Virus record (IMG/VR): IMGVR_UViG_3300036859_000137
Location: 1 to 61,841 of that record
Source: a virus
Taxonomy: Duplodnaviria; Caudoviricetes
Strand: one strand, 5' to 3'
DNA: 61,841 nt
Below, piece by piece: positions 56,061-61,841 of this stretch. How positions within the stretch are numbered: the stretch's first letter is position 1; each line of letters starts with the position of its first letter. Both the position numbers and the translations under genes were made by a program. Under the pieces are notes generated by a model that saw only the letters and a program-made list of their open reading frames with translations, ran no database searches and was not told where the DNA came from.

Positions 56061-56091
56061 GGATCCAGCTTGAATGATCGAATCGGTCGTG

Positions 56092-57576
<1,485 letters not shown>

Positions 57577-57580
<4 letters not shown>

Positions 57581-57807
57581 GGGGAGATCCTCACGGAAAA
57601 GGCCAGCTGATACTGAAGTGAAGTGATCAGTTTCGCGGTGTCTTCGGGAGTGATGATGACCTGACGCCACGTCTCCTCGTTGTGCAGGGCGAGGCGGATC
57701 TCCCCGGTACCGACGTTCACCGCGACGTCGATCTTCTCCTCGGGATGATCAGGATCTTCGCCCAGGCCGGTCACTTCGAGATCTAGATCACTGCTCCACA
57801 TGCTCAT
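57577..57807 (-). CDS. Hypothetical protein
   Basis: ATGA-coupled 76-aa ORF. Confidence 0.55.
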
Positions 57808-58853
57808 ATGCTCAGCCACTCCGGATGATCAAGGGTCCACTCGACCGTGCGCTTCAGAGAAGTGTCCAGGGCGACCGGTGGATACCATCCGGCCTCGGTG
57901 ATCTTCGAACCGTCGAGCGCGTAACGGAGATCATGGCCCGGCCGCTGGCTGTGGAAGTCGGTGTGCTCGATCAGCGTCCCGACGTCACTGCGGCCCATGA
58001 AGTCACCGATCATGTGGATCAGCTCGATGTTGTCGACCTCACGTTCCCCGACGATGTTGAACCGGTCCGGCCGCGAGGAGCCGTCGGCGTACAGCGAGGG
58101 CGGACCCATGGACACCTGTCCCTCGGGTTCGAGATACCGGCGCGTGAGCCACAGCCATGCATCGGCCAGGTTCCGGGCGTGGAGGTAGAACCGGCTGCCC
58201 GGCTTGCCGGTCGGGCTGACGTGAGCGGTGATCGGCCGGTCGTGGAGGATGTTCCGGATAATCATCGGGACGAACTTCTCGGGATCCTGCATCTCACCGA
58301 TGATGTTCATGGTGTTAGTGATCACCACGGGGAGACCGTAAGTGCGCCACGCACTGATCAGGTACGCCTCCTGCATGGCCTTGCTGGCACTGTACGGATT
58401 GGACGGGGTGACCACGTCCCACTCCCGGTGCGCGTAGTCCTCGGGGGCCGGTCCGTACACCTCGTCAGTACTCATCTGGAGCAGGAGCTTAGGCCGGATG
58501 ATCTTAGCCACCTCGACGAGGTTGAGAATCAGCGCCGTGTTGTTGCTCACGAACTCGACCGGGTGCTTGATCGACCGGTCCACGTGGGACTCGCTGGCCA
58601 CGTTCATGATCACGTCAGCGCCGTGCAGCGCGTGCATCACGGTGAAGCCCGGCATGGTGGTCATGTCCCAGTGGATCACCGACACCCGCCGGGTCCACTC
58701 GGGATTGGTGCAGATCGACTGCTCGACACGCTCCGGCAGCCCCTTGTGCTTGAAACTGATCGGAACGACGATCTCCCAGTCGGTATGCATGAGCAGATGG
58801 CGGAGCACGTGGGAACCGACGAACCCGGACGCGCCGGTGAGAATGACCTTCAC
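57804..58853 (-). CDS. rmlB: dTDP-glucose 4,6-dehydratase-like
   Basis: GASGFVG, 'ASESHVDRSI', 'STDEVYG', 'PSNPYSASKA', 'PEKFVP', 'RPGHDLRYALD'. Confidence 0.85.
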   Translation of the reverse strand: MKVILTGASGFVGSHVLRHLLMHTDWEIVVPISFKHKGLPERVEQSICTNPEWTRRVSVIHWDMTTMPGFTVMHALHGADVIMNVASESHVDRSIKHPVEFVSNNTALILNLVEVAKIIRPKLLLQMSTDEVYGPAPEDYAHREWDVVTPSNPYSASKAMQEAYLISAWRTYGLPVVITNTMNIIGEMQDPEKFVPMIIRNILHDRPITAHVSPTGKPGSRFYLHARNLADAWLWLTRRYLEPEGQVSMGPPSLYADGSSRPDRFNIVGEREVDNIELIHMIGDFMGRSDVGTLIEHTDFHSQRPGHDLRYALDGSKITEAGWYPPVALDTSLKRTVEWTLDHPEWLSI

Positions 58854-59113
58854 TTCTTTCCCCTCGGCTTCCTCGGCGCGCGCTTCGTGACTGCCCTGGG
58901 TTTGTGCGCAAAGGCATGACCGCAGTGAGTACAGAGATCCCCGTCCCGGTCCGTCTCACGATGTGCACAGTCCACGATCTTGAACTGCGACCAGACCCGG
59001 CCATGATCATCTTCCAGCGGTTCGACCTCCTCGAACACGAAGCGCGGATCCTTCGTGGCCGATTCGAAAAAGGTACGGGTCTTCAGCTCGTCGAGATCCA
59101 CATAGTTGGTCAT
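58850..59113 (-). CDS. Hypothetical protein with zinc-finger-like motif
   Basis: CAH...CTHC. Confidence 0.55.
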   Translation of the reverse strand: MTNYVDLDELKTRTFFESATKDPRFVFEEVEPLEDDHGRVWSQFKIVDCAHRETDRDGDLCTHCGHAFAHKPRAVTKRAPRKPRGKK

Positions 59114-59622
59114 GAGTCGATCCAATGCTCAGAATCACGTCCGTATGTCTTCTGATTCGCCGGGGTCCACTCAACCAACCGGCCGCCGGTCCAGATCAGC
59201 CGCTCGGGGTGCGCCGTACGAATGATCTCCGGCTCGGTCCACTGGGTGAGCTTCTCTGTCCGTATCCCGGCCCCGTTGAGCGGCCCGTATGTTTGATCGA
59301 GATCCTTGAGCGGATCCTGCTTCTCGGCCAGCCGGTCAACCTCGGCCTGAATCTCGTCGAGCTTCACGTGAGCCGGTACCGGTCCGGAGATCAGCCGATA
59401 GACCAGAGCCCATCCGAGGTAGAGCGGCCACATGGCCAGCCACTCAACACCCTCACGGATCGCCAGTTCATGAGCCCGGTCATGTCCGATCTTCCCGCCG
59501 TAACAGCGCGGCGCCGGAGCACCGTAGATTTTCCGGTACTCCGCGCGGTACGCCTTCCGGGCGAAGACGAAGCACATGACGAGATAGGCGAAGCTCACCC
59601 CGGAAACGATCAACCCGCCCAT
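59110..59622 (-). CDS. Hypothetical membrane protein
   Basis: Two hydrophobic segments. Confidence 0.55.
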   Translation of the reverse strand: MGGLIVSGVSFAYLVMCFVFARKAYRAEYRKIYGAPAPRCYGGKIGHDRAHELAIREGVEWLAMWPLYLGWALVYRLISGPVPAHVKLDEIQAEVDRLAEKQDPLKDLDQTYGPLNGAGIRTEKLTQWTEPEIIRTAHPERLIWTGGRLVEWTPANQKTYGRDSEHWIDS

Positions 59623-59623
59623 G

Positions 59624-59866
59624 TCACACATCCTCGGGTCCGACCGGCGACCAATGCGCCGCATCGTGCACACTCTGATGATCGGCAGCCATCCGGGACA
59701 TCTCCGCCAGGTGGGTGCGGTACGCCTCCAGCAGCATGACCACTTCGTCCACGCTGTAGCCGTGGAACGTCACGTTCCCCTCCACCCCGATTTCGAAGAT
59801 CTGATGGGGCACGGCCGACTTCATCAATCCCAACGCTTCCCGGAAGCTGGGGAGCTGATCATTCAT
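59624..59866 (-). CDS. Hypothetical protein
   Basis: ATGA-coupled. Confidence 0.5.
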   Translation of the reverse strand: MNDQLPSFREALGLMKSAVPHQIFEIGVEGNVTFHGYSVDEVVMLLEAYRTHLAEMSRMAADHQSVHDAAHWSPVGPEDV

Positions 59867-60660
59867 GGGGTGTACCCCGTCCACGTCAAACCCTTGCCAC
59901 GAGCCCATGCGAGCGTGGCATCGAGGTGTGCCTGATTACTGATCACCAGCGGCGGGACCGTCACCGGCTGGGTCACGTCACCATCCTGGCTCAGCAGATA
60001 CACCATGTCCGAGGACCGGACCTTGAAGTATCCATTGATCCCCCAGCCGTCGCCCCACGAGTTGTAGCCTCCGAGCACGTCGCCGGAGGTACCGACCTGG
60101 AGACCGGACACGCACAGCTCATGGCCGCCCGCCTCCCCGCTCTTGGGATCCACGATCAGGAAGCCGTCCGCGTCCGTCTCGAACATCGAGTTGTACCAGA
60201 CCGTCCCCCACAGAACCGGACCGTTCTGGAGCGCCGCACGCATGGCGTCGTAGCTGAAGGCATGGGTGTACTTCGAGATCAGCCCCAGTTTCACCAGGGC
60301 TTTGGATACCCCGACACCCGAGGAGCCGGTGTCGTCGGGCGGGTATTCCCCGCTGAACTCGTCGAGTGATGTGCCGACCGAGTAGATCTGTACCGCGAGC
60401 GCCTCGTCGACCGGCACGGACACGACCCCCGGGGAGTTGATCGGAGTCACGGTCCGGCCGGTCCGCACCGCGTTGTCCGTACCGATCCATCCGGCCGCCG
60501 CGTTCCCGGTGCACGAACCGAGACTCCCTTGATCGAACACGGGAACACGCCGGATCCAGCTCTTGGATGAAATGGCCGCCTTGGGCAGCACCGGGAGAGC
60601 GAACGCGAAGGAGCGCGGGTCGTGTTCGACCCTCCGTCCGAGGGGATACGGGGTTGTCAT
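59863..60660 (-). CDS. Papain-like (C1) cysteine peptidase
   Basis: 'DQGSLGSCTGNA', 'GGHELCV', 'NSWGDGWG..GYF'. Confidence 0.85.
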   Translation of the reverse strand: MTTPYPLGRRVEHDPRSFAFALPVLPKAAISSKSWIRRVPVFDQGSLGSCTGNAAAGWIGTDNAVRTGRTVTPINSPGVVSVPVDEALAVQIYSVGTSLDEFSGEYPPDDTGSSGVGVSKALVKLGLISKYTHAFSYDAMRAALQNGPVLWGTVWYNSMFETDADGFLIVDPKSGEAGGHELCVSGLQVGTSGDVLGGYNSWGDGWGINGYFKVRSSDMVYLLSQDGDVTQPVTVPPLVISNQAHLDATLAWARGKGLTWTGYTP

Positions 60661-61280
60661 GCCGGATACTCCTGACGGTAGAGCCGGTAAAGATCACACG
60701 GAGGAACGTAGCCCGGCCACCGGCCGTCATCGAACAGATGCCAGCCGCCCCGCAGCGCCGTCTCGTCGGCCAGCTGAGAGCAGATCATGTGCTTGGTCGA
60801 CATGATGTAGCTCTTCAGGTGGGGCGCGGGGATGTGGAGATGGTGCAGCGCGATGGCCTGATAGTCGAGCCAGGAGTAGGGCGTACGTACCAGCCCGCGC
60901 GCGGCAGTCGCCACTCCGTCCCGGAACTCCTCGGGGCACCGGAGATAGAGCGTCTGATCGTCACGATGCCAGTTGACCACGTGGCGCGCACCGTCCGGCA
61001 TCGCCTCGACAATCCACGTGACAGTGGGGCTCACCTCGGTCACCGTGAATGCGTGCTGCTTCGCGTCCCATGGGCACCCCATGAGCTTCTGCGCCGCCTG
61101 GATCCCCTTCCCTCCCCACCCGCTGATCGTGGTGATCCCGATGTCTCCGGGCTTGGGTGTGTACGGCAGGCTCACCACGGCTTCTCCTTCGTTCTGCATG
61201 ATCAAGGGAATACAATCTCCGGAGTGTCCCTCGGGACACGCACAGATCCAGTCACCCACCCCGACGAGATGGGGACTCAT
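60657..61280 (-). CDS. Permuted NlpC/P60 (YiiX/YebB-like) protein
   Basis: 'PKPGDIG', 'HAF', 'VEAMP.G', 'PYSWLDY', 'ICSQL'; start may be ~61199. Confidence 0.7.
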   Translation of the reverse strand: MSPHLVGVGDWICACPEGHSGDCIPLIMQNEGEAVVSLPYTPKPGDIGITTISGWGGKGIQAAQKLMGCPWDAKQHAFTVTEVSPTVTWIVEAMPDGARHVVNWHRDDQTLYLRCPEEFRDGVATAARGLVRTPYSWLDYQAIALHHLHIPAPHLKSYIMSTKHMICSQLADETALRGGWHLFDDGRWPGYVPPCDLYRLYRQEYPA

Positions 61281-61540
61281 CCGGTCTTCCGGACGAACTT
61301 CGGGGTACGGATCACGGTACCGATCCTCCGGTCACGGCCGGTGAACGTCAGTTCCCATACCGCACCGTCAAGGACATGGCCACAGGGGACCAGTGCCATG
61401 TCTTCCATCAGCCCCAGGGTGTTGAACTTCCAGTTCAGGCCGACGAGGAGTGCGTCACAGTCGGGGCAGCGGATGTTCTGATCCTCACTGAATGCCCAGT
61501 CAGGATCAACATTCGGATCTTCTTCGGTGGGTTCAGTCAC
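61277..61540 (-). CDS. Hypothetical protein (CxxC...PCGH)
   Basis: GTGA-coupled. Confidence 0.5.
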   Translation of the reverse strand: MTEPTEEDPNVDPDWAFSEDQNIRCPDCDALLVGLNWKFNTLGLMEDMALVPCGHVLDGAVWELTFTGRDRRIGTVIRTPKFVRKTG

Positions 61541-61833
61541 AGCGTCAGCCTCGGGGTCAGGCCGTGCCCCCGGGCGATGAGGAACGCCTGCTCAGCCAGT
61601 GCCCGGCAGCGTGGCGGAAGGATGTCAGCATTCTGCCCCTTGATCCTTGCGTCGATCATCGCATGCACATTGAAGTGGCACGTGGGGCAAAGATTGATCA
61701 TGGGAGTCTCGACCAGTACTCCGGCCTGCTCGAACCATGACTTGGGGCAGATGTGGTGCGCATTGATCACGGCGCACAAATGCCCTTTGTACAGAGCACA
61801 AGGTTGAAGAGTGATCCGGTTCTCGATGATCAC
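61537..61833 (-). CDS. HNH-like protein
   Basis: 'HHICPKS...NLCPTCHFNVH'. Confidence 0.65.
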   Translation of the reverse strand: MIIENRITLQPCALYKGHLCAVINAHHICPKSWFEQAGVLVETPMINLCPTCHFNVHAMIDARIKGQNADILPPRCRALAEQAFLIARGHGLTPRLTL

Positions 61834-61841
61834 CAGCTCAG

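Overview
High-GC segment of an actinobacterial (probably Streptomyces-infecting) tailed phage; no host housekeeping genes are visible, and no integrase, polymerase or Rep lies in the window. Left arm (+ strand): a nucleotide-sugar/glycosyltransferase operon (1-6.5 kb); a Streptomyces plasmid-type conjugation module (SpdB2-like, TraB FtsK-like translocase, clt-like repeats, SpdD-like; 6.6-10.1 kb); then a strong promoter, a ~430-nt structured non-coding leader and ~30 mostly small early genes (DUF932, WYL, DUF4236, HU, WhiB) with one tRNA-Thr, two tRNA-like elements and repeated start-associated motifs and hairpins (10.4-22.1 kb). Right arm (- strand, 22.1-61.8 kb): siphovirus morphogenesis genes of the mycobacteriophage cluster-B-like type (terminase, portal, 2H/MuF/protease fusion, two capsid proteins, major tail, adaptors, frameshifted chaperone, tape measure, minor tails, endolysin), plus holin, Rpf-NlpC/P60-LysM, RmlB and peptidases. 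A ~150-180 bp non-coding element occurs three times (9.5, 34.2, 52.5 kb). The most notable observations are a virion-forming phage carrying a TraB conjugation system, a full sugar-modification pathway and several candidate structured RNAs. All calls come from reading motifs by eye; no searches were run.
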